This document shows, piece by piece, positions 26,851-39,950 of a stretch of DNA of 64,000 bases. Numbering within the stretch: position 1 is the first letter of the stretch; the number at the start of each line of letters is the position of its first letter. This stretch comes from Octopus vulgaris (taxonomy: Eukaryota). Made by a program: the position numbers and the translations under genes. The stretch spans positions 10,106,001 through 10,170,000 of the forward strand of contig OX597837.1 of assembly GCA_951406725.2 (NCBI GenBank). Reading direction: 5' to 3'. Under the pieces are notes generated by a model, which was given only the letters and a program-made list of their open reading frames with translations, was not told where the DNA came from and made no database searches.

Positions 26851-26927
26851 AGCTCTCTTTCCTCAGTCAAGAACCAGATCATCCTCGCAATTTCGGTTGA
26901 TTAATCTTGAGATTGCTCCAATCTGGC
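26851..26927 (-). ncRNA. Rearranged hammerhead motif, family 2, copy 2
   Basis: ccagau-ugga-gcaa-UC-ucaaga-uuaaucaacc-GAAA-uugc-gaggaug-aucugg-u-ucuuga-CUGAGGA; leader helix covaries (ccAgau/aucUgg); stem II unclear in this copy. Confidence 0.7.
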
Positions 26928-26935
26928 CAGCCCCA

Positions 26936-26978
<43 letters not shown>

Positions 26979-27443
26979 TTATGTCAAGCATATATACATA
27001 TATGTGCATATTTGTATGCGTGTGTGTATACACGTATATGTGTGTCTATATACAGATATACTTGCGTGTGTGTGTGTGTGTGTGTGTTTATGCGCGTATT
27101 ATGTATATATGTTCCTCTGTATATGTACAAATGTGAAGAAGGAGGAGAAGAAGAAGGGGAGAAAGGTGGAGGAGGAGGCAGAGGAGGAGAAGAATTAGGA
27201 GGGGTGGAAGGAGGAGGAGACGGAGGGGAGGGGTGGAAGATAGAGGAGGAGGAAGGGAAGAAAAGGAGGAGGGGAGAAAGGTGGAGGAGGAGCAGGAGGC
27301 GGAGGAGTGAAAGGAGGAGAAAGAGAAGGAGGGGGAGGAGGGGTGGATGATGGAGGAGAAAAAGGAGGGGAGGGGTGGAAGATGGAGGAGGGGGAGGAGG
27401 GGGAGGAGGAGGAGGATAACAACACCACTAGCCATCTACTTAC

Positions 27444-27751
27444 CTGAGAATACTTTCGAATTCCATCCGATCTGTTGCTACTTGCAGCGCCATATTGTTT
27501 TCTTTGTTTCTGCGCTGTTGTATTCTTGATTCGATCAATTCGGCGTCGCTTTCGGCTTTCTTCCTCGCGTCTTCCAGTTCCTTACGTCGCCATTCCTTCT
27601 CCAGACGTGCCATTTCGCGTCTGGCCATCAATGCTTGCTTTTCCGCCTTCGAATCGATTTCTCGCTCCTGTTGGCGCCGCAGTTTATTGATTTCGATGTC
27701 TTTTTCGCGTTTGATCCGCTGTTGTTCGGCTTCGTAAGCGGCCTCTCGTTC
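27444..27751 (-). CDS. CFAP45: CFAP45 paralog A exon
   Basis: 308 bp as in copy B; EREAAYEAEQQRIKREKDIEI...EKEWRRKE...DRMEFESILR. Confidence 0.95.
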
Positions 27752-27812
27752 CTGGCGTGAGACAACAAGATACGCGAAACGTCTAAGGTTGCGGAAAATG
27801 TGAGAGAAATTT

Positions 27813-27814
<2 letters not shown>

Positions 27815-27870
<56 letters not shown>

Positions 27871-29285
27871 ACATGTGTGTTTGTGTGAGTGTGTGTGAGT
27901 GTACATGTGTGTTTGTGTGTGTAAGTGTGTTTGTGTGAGTTTGTGCGTGTGTGTGTCTGCCTGTATGTGTCTCAGTACATGTGTGTTTGTGTGAGTGTGT
28001 GAGTGTGTGTGTAAGTGTGTGTGTGAATACATGTGTGTTTGAGTGTGAATACATGTGTGTTTGTGTGAGTGTACATGTGTGTTTGTGTGAGTTTGTGCGT
28101 GTGTGTGTCTGCCTGTATGTGTCTGGGTACATGTGTGTTTGTGTGAGTGTGTGTGTGTTTGAGTGTGTGGGTGAATACATGTGTTTGTGTGAGTGTGTGT
28201 GAGTGTACGTGTGTTTGTGTGTTTGTGTGTGTGTGTGAGTACGTGTGTTTGTGTGTGAGTTTGTGTGTGTGTGTGAATACATGTGTGTTTGTGTGAGTGT
28301 GTGTGAGTGTACATGTGTGTTTGTGTGTGAGTACGTGTGTTTGTGTGAGTTTGTGTGTAAGTGTGTGTGTCTGCCTGTATGTGTCTGAGTACATGTGTGT
28401 TTGTGTGAGTGTGTGTGTTTGTGTGTGTGTGTGTGAGTGCGTTTGTATGTGTGTCTGTGTTTGTATGTGTGTGTGTGTGTGTGACTTTGCGTGTGTATTT
28501 TTGTATCTATAATTGGAATATTTGAGTGCATAACGTCATGGTGTTGGTGGTAGTGGTGGGGGTGATCGTTATGATGGTGGTGATGGTGACGATGATAGAG
28601 TGGTGATAGCAGTGGTGGTGATGGTGGTGGTGGTTGTGGTAGTAGTAGTGGGGTGGGGTGGTGATGGTTATGCTGCTGTTGCTGGTGGTGGTAGTGGTGA
28701 CTGTAGTAGTGGTAGTGGTGATAGTAGTGGGGGAGGGGGTGATGGTTATGATGGTGGTGGTGGTGGTGGTGGTGGTGATGGTAGTGGTAGTGGCGGTAGT
28801 AGTGGGGGTGATGGTTATGATGGTGGTGGTGGTGGTGATGGTAGTAGTGAGGGTGATGGTTATGATGGTGGTGGTGATGGTAGTGGTACTGGTGGTAGTA
28901 GTGGGGGTGGGTGGTGATGGTTATAATGGTGGTGATGGTGGTGGTGGTGGTGATGGTAGTGGTAGTGGTGGTTGTAGTGGAGGGGTGATGGTTATGATGG
29001 TGGTGGTGCTGGTGGTACTGGTGGTAGTAGTGGGGGTGGGTGGTGAATGGTGGCGGCGGTGGTGGTGGTGGTGGTGGTGATGGTAGTGGTAGTGGTGGTA
29101 GTAGTGGCGGGGTGATGGTTATGATGGTGGTGGTGCTGGTGGTACTGGTGGTAGTAGTGGGGGTGGGTGGTGAATGGTGGCGGCGGTGGTGGTGTTGGTG
29201 GTGGTGATGGTAGTGGTACTGGTGGTAGTGGTAGAGCTGGTGGTGCTGGTGGTTGTCCTGACGGTGATGGCGGTGGTGATGGTTC
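27815..29285. repeat. (GT)n-derived and (GGT)n compound repeats filling a CFAP45-A intron
   Basis: Directly visible. Confidence 0.9.
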
Positions 29286-29311
29286 GACATGGTTAGAGAC
29301 AAGTCTTTTAC

Positions 29312-29419
29312 CGCTTTATTTCTCTGGAATTCACGAATGCGTTGATCCTCCATATCTTCTTGCTTCTTTTGTAAGGCTTTGTGTTTCAGAAGCTGCTCGT
29401 TGCTTTCCTTCATGGCTTC
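29312..29419 (-). CDS. CFAP45: CFAP45 paralog A exon
   Basis: 108 bp as in copy B; EAMKESNEQLLKHKALQKKQEDMEDQRIREFQRNKA; cag/gtaaaa. Confidence 0.9.
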
Positions 29420-29491
29420 CTGAAAATATTTAATCAAAAGTCCACATTTATCACCTGTCTTGAGAAATTTAGAATACGTAAGATTTTTGCG

Positions 29492-30368
29492 TGTGCGCAT
29501 GCGCATACCCAACCTTTACCGCTATTAGTTTACACTCATCTCGTCCTCTTCAAAACTGCCCAAATATTCTGTGCCATCGTCACTATACACTCCCCTCTTA
29601 TCAAAAATACCCAACTGTTTACAACCATCGTCACTATAAATTCCCCCTGCCCTCATCAGTAAAGGTTGGGTATGTGCATGCGCATACCCAACCTTACCGC
29701 TATTAGTTTACACTCATCTCGTCCTCTTCAAAACTGCCCAAATATTCAGTGCCATCGTCACTATACACTCCCCTCTTATCAAAAATACCCAACTGTTTAC
29801 AACCATCGTCACTATAAATTCACCCTGCCCTCATCAGTAAAGGTTGGTATGTGCATGCGCATATCCACCTTACCGTTATTAGTTTACACTCATCTCGTCC
29901 CCTTCAAAACTGCCCAAATATTCAGTGCCATCGTCACTATACACTCCCCTCTTATCAAAATACCCAACTGTTTACAACCATCGTCACTATAAATTCACCC
30001 TGCCCTCATCAGTAAAGGTTGGGTATGTGCATGCGCATATCCACCTTACCGTTATTAGTTTACACTCATCTCGTCCCCTTCAAAACTGACTAAATATTCA
30101 GTGCCATCGTCACTATACACTCCCCTCTTATCAAAAATACCCAACTGTTTACAACCATCGTCACTATAAATTCACCCTGCCCTCATCAGTAAAGGTTGGG
30201 TATGTGCATGCGCATATCCAACCTTACCGTTATTAGTTTACACTCATCTCGTCCCCTTCAAAACTGCCCAAATATTCAGTGCCATCGTCACTATACACTC
30301 CCCTCTTATCAAAAATACCCAACTGTTTACAACCATCGTCACTATAAATTCACCCTGCCCTCATCAGT
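29492..30368. repeat. ~177-bp tandem repeat, 5 near-identical units
   Basis: aaaggttgg junctions at 29661, 29839, 30014, 30191. Confidence 0.95.
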
Positions 30369-31083
30369 ATTACCAAACTAAATATTTGGTGGGGAAAGTG
30401 TCACAGTTGTGCAAAGTACAGCGTCTTTCTTACAAAAAAAATTAGAGCAGACGACAGCTTTCTTTGCAACTATTAAAAGCTATTGACTTTCTAATTATTA
30501 ATTGATCTATGGCAAAAACTAATTTCATTTTCATAATAAGCACCAAAAAGAAAATAAATATTGAATCTATATAGCTAAATTTGAAGACATTTTGAACAAA
30601 ATTTAAAAACTCCGAAATCTGACACCAGCCACGTATGTGTGTGTGTATGCGTATCTGTTAGCACGTATGTATATATATATATATATGTGTGTGTATGTGC
30701 GCGCACATTTGTGTGTGTATGTGTGTATGCATGTGTGAATATATATACATTAAGTCATATTTAGTAAAATCAATAAAAAGAATGAACTTACAGTGGCGAT
30801 TGGAAGTTCACTGCACTGTTTTTTAATTTTTTGTATCGATTTTAGTAAAAACTTTTTTAAAATCTCGCCATCGCAGACCAATAAAGTCTATTTCGAGTCT
30901 ATTCGATTATACATTACGTCACAAGTAATTATGTCCGAATAGTAAAATTTGAACGTTTCCATTTCGCGTCTGGAGACGTCGCGATATTTCACAGCCAATC
31001 GCATAAAATCTATTCATAGTTATATATAGGTGCGCGCACTCACGTACATACTCAAATACACACATACACGTACGCACTCAAAT

Positions 31084-31163
<80 letters not shown>

Positions 31164-31361
31164 AGACGCCATGATAGATCGTTAGCTCCTACACACATTT
31201 TTTCTCTCCTTGTTTCTCTCCTTGTTTTTTTCTGTGTATCTGCAGAAGAGCGTAGGCTCGAAACGTAAAAGACTTTTTCTATTCCTGAGCGTTATACAAA
31301 TACATCTGTTTCTTTTGTATACCACCTGTCTTCGTCTTTTGTTTTTTTTTTCGTAAACTCT

Positions 31362-31430
<69 letters not shown>

Positions 31431-31479
31431 CATACATACATATATATATATATACATACATACATACATATATATATAT

Positions 31480-31566
<87 letters not shown>

Positions 31567-31619
31567 CATACATACATATATATATCTATATATACATACA
31601 TACATACATATATATATAT

Positions 31620-31676
<57 letters not shown>

Positions 31677-31813
31677 TATATGTGTCCCTTTCTGTAGAAG
31701 AGCGTAGGCTCGAAACATAAAAGACTTTTTCTATTCCTGAGCGTTATACAAATACATCTGTTTCTTTTGTATACCACCTGTCTTCGTCTTTTGTTTTTTT
31801 TTTCGTAAACTCT

Positions 31814-31860
<47 letters not shown>

Positions 31861-31981
31861 CATACATATATATATATATATACATACATACATATATATA
31901 TATACATACATACATACATATATATATATATACATACATACATATATATATATATATACATACATACATATATATATATAT

Positions 31982-32012
<31 letters not shown>

Positions 32013-32081
32013 CATACATACATATATATATATATCTATATATACATACATACATACATATATATATATATACATACATAC

Positions 32082-32136
<55 letters not shown>

Positions 32137-32706
32137 TATATGTGTCCCTTTCTGTAGAAGAGCGTAGGCTCGAAACATAAAAGACTTTTTCTATTCCTAT
32201 ACGTACACACATACATCTAGCGCTAAAACATAAAAATACATGCATAGGTGCAGGAATGGCTGTGTGGTAAGGAGCTTGCTTCCCAGCCACATGGTTCTGG
32301 ACTAGGAACGTAACGGCAGACGAAATACCGCTAAGCATTTCGCCCGGCGCGCTAACGTTTCTGCCAGCTTGCCGCCTTACTCTTTCTTACTCTACCATTC
32401 CCTCTATGCTCTCATCCCCATTCCTTGTGAGTATACCCTGACACTTCACCAGCATCTCTCTTCTGCTCTCATTTGCACTTTTGCTGTCTCCTACTCTCTC
32501 TCTCTCTCTCTCTCTCTTCCCTCTGATTGGGTAGCCATGTATCTCTACAGCAGCACACCGGTTTCAGCTCTTATTCTTGATCCCTCTCTATTCTTCTCTC
32601 TCTCTCTTTCTCTCTCCTCTTGCTCTTCCCTCTGCCTAACCCGTCATATGTATGTATATATATGTGTATATATGTATATATATATGTATATATATGTGTA
32701 TATATG

Positions 32707-32740
<34 letters not shown>

Positions 32741-33006
32741 TACATACATATATATATATATATGTATATATATATGTGTGTGCGTGTGTGTTTTTGTGTA
32801 TCTGTTTGTCCCCCTCCCCAACATCGCTTGACAACCGATGTTGGTGTGTTTACGTCCACGTAACATAGCGGTTCGGCAAAAGAGAACCAATAGAATAAGT
32901 ACTAGGCGTAGAAAGAATAAGTCCTGGGGTCGATTGTCTCGACTAAAAAAAGGCGGTGCTCCAGCATGGCCGCAGTCAAATGGCTGAAACAAGTAAAAGA
33001 GAGTAA

Positions 33007-33042
<36 letters not shown>

Positions 33043-33046
<4 letters not shown>

Positions 33047-33128
33047 CTAGGGTCATAATTATTATGGGTGACAATTTCATATGACACCGCTAGAAAAAAA
33101 AAAACTGCCGTTCAAACCGAAAAGATCC
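33043..33128. mobile_element. Truncated end of the GGATC-TIR MITE family
   Basis: Matches the terminal ~85 bp of the copy at 41215-41654. Confidence 0.8.
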
Positions 33129-33198
33129 CAAGCCTAAAATGATAGGTGAAGACCAAAGAAAGAAATGTAAGACGAACAATGGAGAAAGGGAAACGTAC

Positions 33199-33546
33199 AA
33201 ACACAGCTCTTTGGTTCCGTTTTTTCTCCTCTTCAATTCGCACATCTTCAGCTACCATATATTCGAAGTGACGTAGCATTTTGGCGTTTTCTTGTTCTTT
33301 AGCCTCCAGTTTCATCAGCTTCTCCCATTCACGTTCGGTGATCTGCTTTCTGATATCTTCAGCAATAAGCTGTCTCAGTTTCTTGCGCTGTTTTACAACG
33401 TTGTCTTGGTACTTTAAGTTGATCTCGCAATCGTCCTCCATCAGTTTTCTCAAGCGTTTGTCTTCTGCTACGTTGTGTTGTTCGATAGTGTGTTTCTCTT
33501 TTACCTGAAGATCGTGAGTGGCGTGAGATTTGGCGTCCTCGATTAA
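33199..33546 (-). CDS. CFAP45: CFAP45 paralog A exon
   Basis: 348 bp as in copy B; LIEDAKSHATHDLQVKEK corresponds to VIQEAKCHAIRDAQLEEK. Confidence 0.92.
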
Positions 33547-33566
33547 CTGCAAAACGAGACAAAATA

Positions 33567-33875
33567 TCTTTATATATAAAATTGAAGTTGTGTGTGTGAG
33601 ACTCTGTCTCCTACGATTTAGATTCCTAACTACTCCCACATTTTGCGGTACAGTTTAATCAAAAGCGGTTATCTTATAGTCGTCATTCATATCGAGCCCT
33701 TCTGGGTATTGGCACGCGTCTACGATGAGTCTGCGATTTAAAAAAAAAATTACCATCATTTTTCCGCATTTTTAATGATTTTTGCTCAGGAAAGTAATAA
33801 GGGAAGTAACACTCTAAAAATGCTTATATAGTTATTTCCCTTATAAACCCGAGCAACGCTGGGCGATACTGCTAG
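33567..33875 (+). mobile_element. Non-autonomous Helitron (second copy at 44963-45260, - strand)
   Basis: 5' TC, 3' CTAG, subterminal hairpin cccgagcaacgctggg, inserted between A and T; two copies. Confidence 0.8.
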
Positions 33876-34269
33876 TTTTTTAAAAAAAGAAAAAAAATTA
33901 TTCTTTTCTTTATATTGTTTCAGTCATCTTGACTGTGGCCATACTGGAGCACCGCCTTTAGTCAAACAAATGTGGTGTAAGACGTCTGCTTAGTGATGGT
34001 TGACCAAACAGTTAAATAACAGCAACAACACCTGCTACTGCTGTGGCTGCTGCTGCTGCTGCTGCTACTACTACTGCTACTACTACTACTACTACTACTA
34101 CAGTAATCAAAAAATATTCAAAAGAGTCAAAAATAGTCATCAATACCCAATAATATCATCAGACAATTACTGTGATTCAATCAATCACCAAAACAAAATC
34201 CCCGCTTATATGACGGTGACGCTCATTTACAAGTGTCACACGGTGTCAGGACAGGAACACACACACACA

Positions 34270-34312
<43 letters not shown>

Positions 34313-34528
34313 ACCCACACATACTCACATTGACGCACACGCACTGACACACACTGACACACACATACACTACACTGACACACACTGTCACACACACAAA
34401 CACACTAATACACACACTTACACGCACACACACATACACACATACTGTCTCTCTCTCTCTCTCACCCACACATACTCACATTGACGCACACACACTGACA
34501 CACACTGACACTGACACACACATACACT

Positions 34529-34571
<43 letters not shown>

Positions 34572-34681
34572 ACACGCACACACACTGACACACACACAGA
34601 AACACAAACACACTAACACGCACACACGCACATACACACAAATACATATATACAGTAAAAGGCAAAATGGCTTCCGCTCAC

Positions 34682-34837
34682 CTCATTGAAGATTTTGATT
34701 TCCATGTCTCTTTCAAAAATTCTTTGATTAGCTTCAGCCAATATGGAACTCGCCTTATTTTCACTGACATCCCCCAAGTCGTAGTCTGTCTTGATCTGAC
34801 ATTTCTGCAAGTGTTTCTTTCGCTCCGCAACCCCGGA
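34682..34837 (-). CDS. CFAP45: CFAP45 paralog A exon
   Basis: tag/gtgagc, phase 0; SGVAERKKHLQK...ASSILAEANQRIFERDMEIKIFNE (52 aa versus 57 in B). Confidence 0.88.
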
Positions 34838-35108
34838 CTAATTAACAAAGATTGAATTAAAGTAAATCAAATTAAATTAAATCAAATTAGATTAGGAACA
34901 GTCGTGTATATATACATGTACACTGGCTCATGCATACATATAGAGACTTAAATTTCACAATAAGGATACACACACACACACACGCACATATATATATACT
35001 ATTTTTTCTACTGTTTTTGCTTCATTTGTATTGCTTTTACATCCTGTTCTTGTCACTTGTTTTACCCCTCTGCAAAAGAATTTTACTTAATTCCTTTTGC
35101 AGGAAGGA

Positions 35109-35185
35109 CTGCTTCGGCCTGGCCGTGTTCTGCCCTTACCTTCGAAACACGCATTGAGTCGAACCAGGGGCAGCTGATGAAGGGG
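35109..35185 (+). ncRNA. Rearranged (non-circularly permuted) hammerhead motif, family 1, copy 1
   Basis: cgug-UU-cugcccu-uaccuuc-GAAA-cacg-...-ggggcag-CUGAUGA-agggg; predicted cut after 35129. Confidence 0.75.
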
Positions 35186-35340
35186 AATTTTCCTTGTATT
35201 GTTTGTCCTGTACTCTGTTCTTTCGTTGTTTAAAAAAGTCCGTTTCCTTGTTTTTTCGTTGTTAAAAAAAGTCCGTTTCCTTGTTTGATTTTATGTTTTC
35301 GTTTCTCGTTGTGTTCTACGTTTATTTGTGGTGTCCTGTA

Positions 35341-35388
<48 letters not shown>

Positions 35389-35608
35389 TGTATATATGCA
35401 TGTAGATGTAAGTATGTACATATATGTATGTATATATGCATATATTTTATATATTTATTGTTATTATATATATATATATATATATAGAAGAAAATGGATA
35501 TAGTAACAATGGGAAACTCGTGGTTTACGCTGGTATTAAATAGGTAACAAAGGAGCGACTCTGGATATAATTATCTCTTGAGGTATTAAACCCCTCTAAC
35601 TTGATACC

Positions 35609-35678
<70 letters not shown>

Positions 35679-35762
35679 GATAGATAGATATATAGATAGA
35701 TGTATATATATATATATAAATAATAATAAATATTAGGGAATAAATCCAAAATTACAGGGAAA

Positions 35763-35940
35763 AATATTAATTCGAGACAAAACCACCATTTTGCAAATCA
35801 AACAAGGAAAGACTTAATCAATACATAAAAAATTTTAATATAAAGTAAATAAATAAATAAATTTACTTTATATTAAAATTTTTTATGTATTGATTAAGTC
35901 TTTCCTTGTTTGATTTGCAAAATGGTGGTTTTGTCTCGAA

Positions 35941-35948
<8 letters not shown>
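35763..35948. repeat. Perfect 88-bp inverted repeat with a 10-nt spacer
   Basis: Arms 35763-35850 and 35861-35948 are exact reverse complements. Confidence 0.93.
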
Positions 35949-35974
<26 letters not shown>

Positions 35975-36150
35975 TGGTAAAAACGGTAAGATAACAAAAG
36001 AAAGAAAGAGACCTCAATATTATGTAAATAGAGGAAATTTATCTGTAAAATAATATGTGACAATTACTCGATAGCCAAGATAAAATATATATATTTCAAA
36101 ATGTATCACATGTAAATCGTCCTTTTCTTTTGGACTTTCCTCCGTCTCCT

Positions 36151-36185
36151 GTTTCTGACGAAGAGCTTTGCTCGAAACGTAAAAC
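36151..36185 (+). ncRNA. Minimal type-I hammerhead (Penelope-type) with canonical CUGACGA core
   Basis: guuu-CUGACGA-a-GAGC(uuu)GCUC-GAAAC-GUA-aaac. Confidence 0.7.
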
Positions 36186-36687
36186 CACCTTTCTCTCCTC
36201 CCCTCAGCGTCTGCTAATACTTTGCATCTACCACATCCTCACGTTGTTGTTTTTTCTTGTTTGTTCTTCGTTTTTTTTGGTGGGGGATTTACTATATATA
36301 TTTATATACTGTATATTTTTTTAGTTTCAATCCGAGGACTGCGGCCATGCTAGGGGACCACCGTTTGCTTTGCTACACTTTCACTGAACCTCCTCTGATA
36401 TGTGGAATTTGGTGAATGAGGGAGTTTGACGTTGCTACCCTCCTCTGTGTTTCTTGCCTTGAGGTAGAGCTCGTCTGGAATTCTAGACAGAAGACGGTCC
36501 AGTTTTGTTTTGAAAATGCCTGTGCAGGGCTCTGAGGCTTTGTGGAAGGATATTGAAAATATGTGTGTGGGTATGTGCGCATCTGTGAATGTGCGTGTGC
36601 GTGCATGTGTGTGTGTATGTGCTTTCGTGTGTGTGTGTATGTCCTTTCGTGTGTGTGCGTGTGTGTGTGTTGTGAAATCAATCTCAC

Positions 36688-36829
36688 CAGCTTCTGTTCC
36701 TGCTCTTTCACCAGCCTCTCTCCTTCGGCCTTCAGTTTTTCGGCCATGTTCCTACTGTTCTCCTTGATTCGCTCATATTCCGCGCAGTCCAGGGTGATAG
36801 CAGGACGTTCAACATGTTGTCTAGGAATA
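36688..36829 (-). CDS. CFAP45: CFAP45 paralog A exon
   Basis: ttcag/gtgaga; IPRQHVERPAITLDCAEYERIKENSR matches VPQKNSMGCPVVLDRHDFTRIKQRAR of B. Confidence 0.88.
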
Positions 36830-36847
36830 CTGAATAATAATAATAAC

Positions 36848-36880
<33 letters not shown>

Positions 36881-37061
36881 TAAAACAAGCATAATTTTCG
36901 TTTTTCTTTTTAGGCATTCACTAGTACAACACTAAATACAAAACCAAATATATGGCACACTAGGCATAACAACAATACGAACTTCCAACCTGTTGTCTCT
37001 TGAGGTCTCTGGGTGAGACTTGGAGCCAACGTGTACAAATATAAAGCAAAAGTCAAACATA

Positions 37062-37110
<49 letters not shown>

Positions 37111-37505
37111 TCGTTTATTGGCCACAAGGGCTAGCAAAAATCAGTTTAAACATGTAGCGACAAAATACAGGACGAAAGTTACAAAGGGTTTTGTCCGATT
37201 GAAAAAAAAAATCCGTGTAAAAATATGAAATAACAGCGAAAATATGTAACAATTAAAACTCCCAACAGGGGGAGGCGCTTCGAAGGGTTACTCGTGGAAA
37301 AATTCATAAAAGCCACGGGAGCCTGGTCAAAAGGAGGGTAGAGAGCCCCTTTCTCCTTTTATATTACCTTTTTATATCACAGGTGTATCCTCAGAATTGG
37401 TCCGTTCATACTGGCCATTCCTGCGGCATTCACCCACCTTTCAATAAACTTGCTACGTGACAGCACTTTCCTCTCTACTCTCATCTTCCTTTTCTAGTGA
37501 AACTT
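37111..37505 (-). mobile_element. Probable L1/Tx1-type LINE 3' fragment
   Basis: Minus translation KRKMRVERKVLSRSKFIERWV followed by a 3' UTR next to (AAT)n. Confidence 0.45.
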
Positions 37506-37509
37506 GAAT

Positions 37510-38560
37510 AATAATAGCAGCCCAAGACCAATGTCTACCTATAAGGAACTACCAGACCAACATATTAAAGAACAGCAGTGACTCAACATGTCGTGTATGT
37601 CAACAACGAAATGAAACCATTGATCATGTTGCCCCCATGTGCAGTCTTCTTGCGCCTACAGAGTATCTCAACAGGCAAGATAGAGCAGCATAATATATTC
37701 AATGGGTAATTTGCAAAAACCTGGACCTGCCCCACGATAAAAACTGGTGGGAACACAAAACCACCTCCAGTGCTTGAAAATGATGTCAGAGAGCGAAGGC
37801 TTCATCTTAGCTGCTCGAGATCAAAGTTCATTGACCAGAAACTCTCAAGTCAGTGTGTGGAGGCACATGGCCTAGTGGTAAGAGCAGCGGACTCGCGGCC
37901 GAAGGATCGCGGGTTCGAATCTCAGACCGGACAATGTGTGTTTATGAGCGAAGCACCTAAGCTCCACCTAGCTCCGGCAGAAGGTAATGGCGAACTTCTG
38001 CTGACTCATTCGCCACAACTTTCTCTCACTCTTTTCTCCTGCATCTTGCAGCTCACCTGCGACGGACCGGCGTCCCGTCCAGGTGGGGAATTTATACACC
38101 AAGGAAACCGGGAAACCGGCCCTTATGAGCCAGCCATGGCTCGAGAAGGAACAAACATGTCAGTGTGTTTGGAAAATGGAGTAGCTTAAAACTGTTGAAA
38201 AATGACATAAGTACCACACTGGGGCTGTAACTGAGGGAGAAAATGTAGCTATTAGATGTGACTTTCCAGTACATACAAACAGAACCATCAAAGCTAAAAA
38301 AAAAAGAACGGATATTGTTGTGAAAGACCAAAACTATAAATTCTGTTTATCGATCGACATGAGTATTTCTTGTAATGATAATATCTTGGCATCTGAAGGC
38401 GGTTACAATAGCAGTGGTTGCAGAAACACTTGGAATGATAAAAAAAGGAACTGAAAATGATTTGAGAATGATCCCTGGTTTACTATCCATGCGCGAAGTG
38501 CAAAATATTGTTTTAATGAGAACGTCACATGTATTGAGAAGAGCAGTGTCGATGTGAGAA
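37510..38560 (+). mobile_element. Fragmented R4/Dong-type (RLE) LINE interrupted by a SINE (~37860-38155)
   Basis: AAQDQCLPIRNY...CRVC...ETIDHV...C..LAPTEYLNR and C-terminal WHLK...LGMI...IPG...VQ...SHVLR; in-frame stops. Confidence 0.75.
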
Positions 38561-38946
38561 CGATCACCGCCCATCTATTTTTTTTCATTTTGCAGCATCC
38601 TAATGGGTTATATTTTAATGGCCGCTCAGAGTATACAGTGAGTCTCTTTGTCCTAGGTGTCGGGAAGACACTCGGCAAGAAAAGGAGATAGAATTGAAAG
38701 AGAAAAAGAAAAGAAATTGTGTCAATTTTTGACTGAAGGACAGGTATTTCGGGGGAGGGAGTAAGTTGCTTATTTCGACCCCAGTGTTCAACTGGTACTT
38801 ATTTTATCCGCCACCAAAGGATGAATGGCAAAACTGACCTCAGCAGAATTTTAACTCAGAACATGAAGTCGGACGAAATCCACCAAGCATTTCGTCCGGC
38901 GTGCTAACGACTGTGCTAACAACCCCATATGATAATAATGATGATG

Positions 38947-38997
<51 letters not shown>

Positions 38998-39861
38998 GCC
39001 CTGATGCAGTACCAGGCAGTGGCTCTCATGGCTTCTGATCTTAACTGATTGGAAGTGTTATCATGTACATTGTTTTGTCTTGGTATAAAAGATGGGATAC
39101 AGTAAATATTCTGCTCAATACCACAGATTTGCTTGTCAGTTGTTTGACCTTAACCAGTTGACCATGTCCCTTAGTGGCTGACGATATGTGCATCTCTGAC
39201 CACGAGCAGAAGTAGTTGGGGAGCATCATAACCGTGTGTTGAGAGGGATTCTTTGGAGTTTGAATATTTCACCTCTGGAAACATGGGTGTTTCGTTCAAC
39301 ATCCTTAAACAATCCTTATTCAGGGACCTTTTGAGCGGGATGGGCTACTCGTCTAGAAGAAAATTCTAACTGGGCCCCACCTGCAAGGTCATGTGCTGTT
39401 TATCTTGATATGAGATCATCATGTCGCGCACATATGGTTGTATGCATGTGCCTGGTGTGCCCTTATCAGACGGGTAGTCATGATGGGTATACCGAGCTTT
39501 GTATATTTTACCCCAGTGTCACTTTGAGTGCATGCACTGCTCTCTCACTCAATAAGAAGAGGAAGAGGAAGAAGAAGAAGAAGAAGAAGAAGAAGAAGAA
39601 GAAGAAGAAGAAGAAGAAGAAGAAGAATAGTCTAATGATTCTTTCTACTAAAGGAATGAGACCGGAAATTTTAGGATAGAGAGGCTAGTCTATTATACCG
39701 ACCCTAGTATTTGACTGGTACTTTATTTTGTCGCCCTAGAAACGCGTTAAGGCCAAATTGATCTCGGCGGAACTTGAACTCAGGGCGCAACATCGATAGT
39801 ATAAGACAATAACAAAACAAAATATGAAATAAATAACTAAATAAATAAATAAAAGGCTTAC

Positions 39862-39950
39862 ATCATATCCCGAATGTAATTATTGCTAATTAAGCGAATC
39901 ATCTCCCTCTGTTGTTTTTTTCTTTTTTTCTTGCCCATTTGTTCTAACAT
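39862..39950 (-). CDS. CFAP45: CFAP45 paralog A first identified coding exon (possible acceptor at 39988)
   Basis: aaaATG; MLEQMGKKKRKKQQREMIRLISNNYIRDM then at|gtaagc, phase 2, giving IIP; homologous to KENVQVIMMDLIRNLK|VP of B. Confidence 0.8.
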
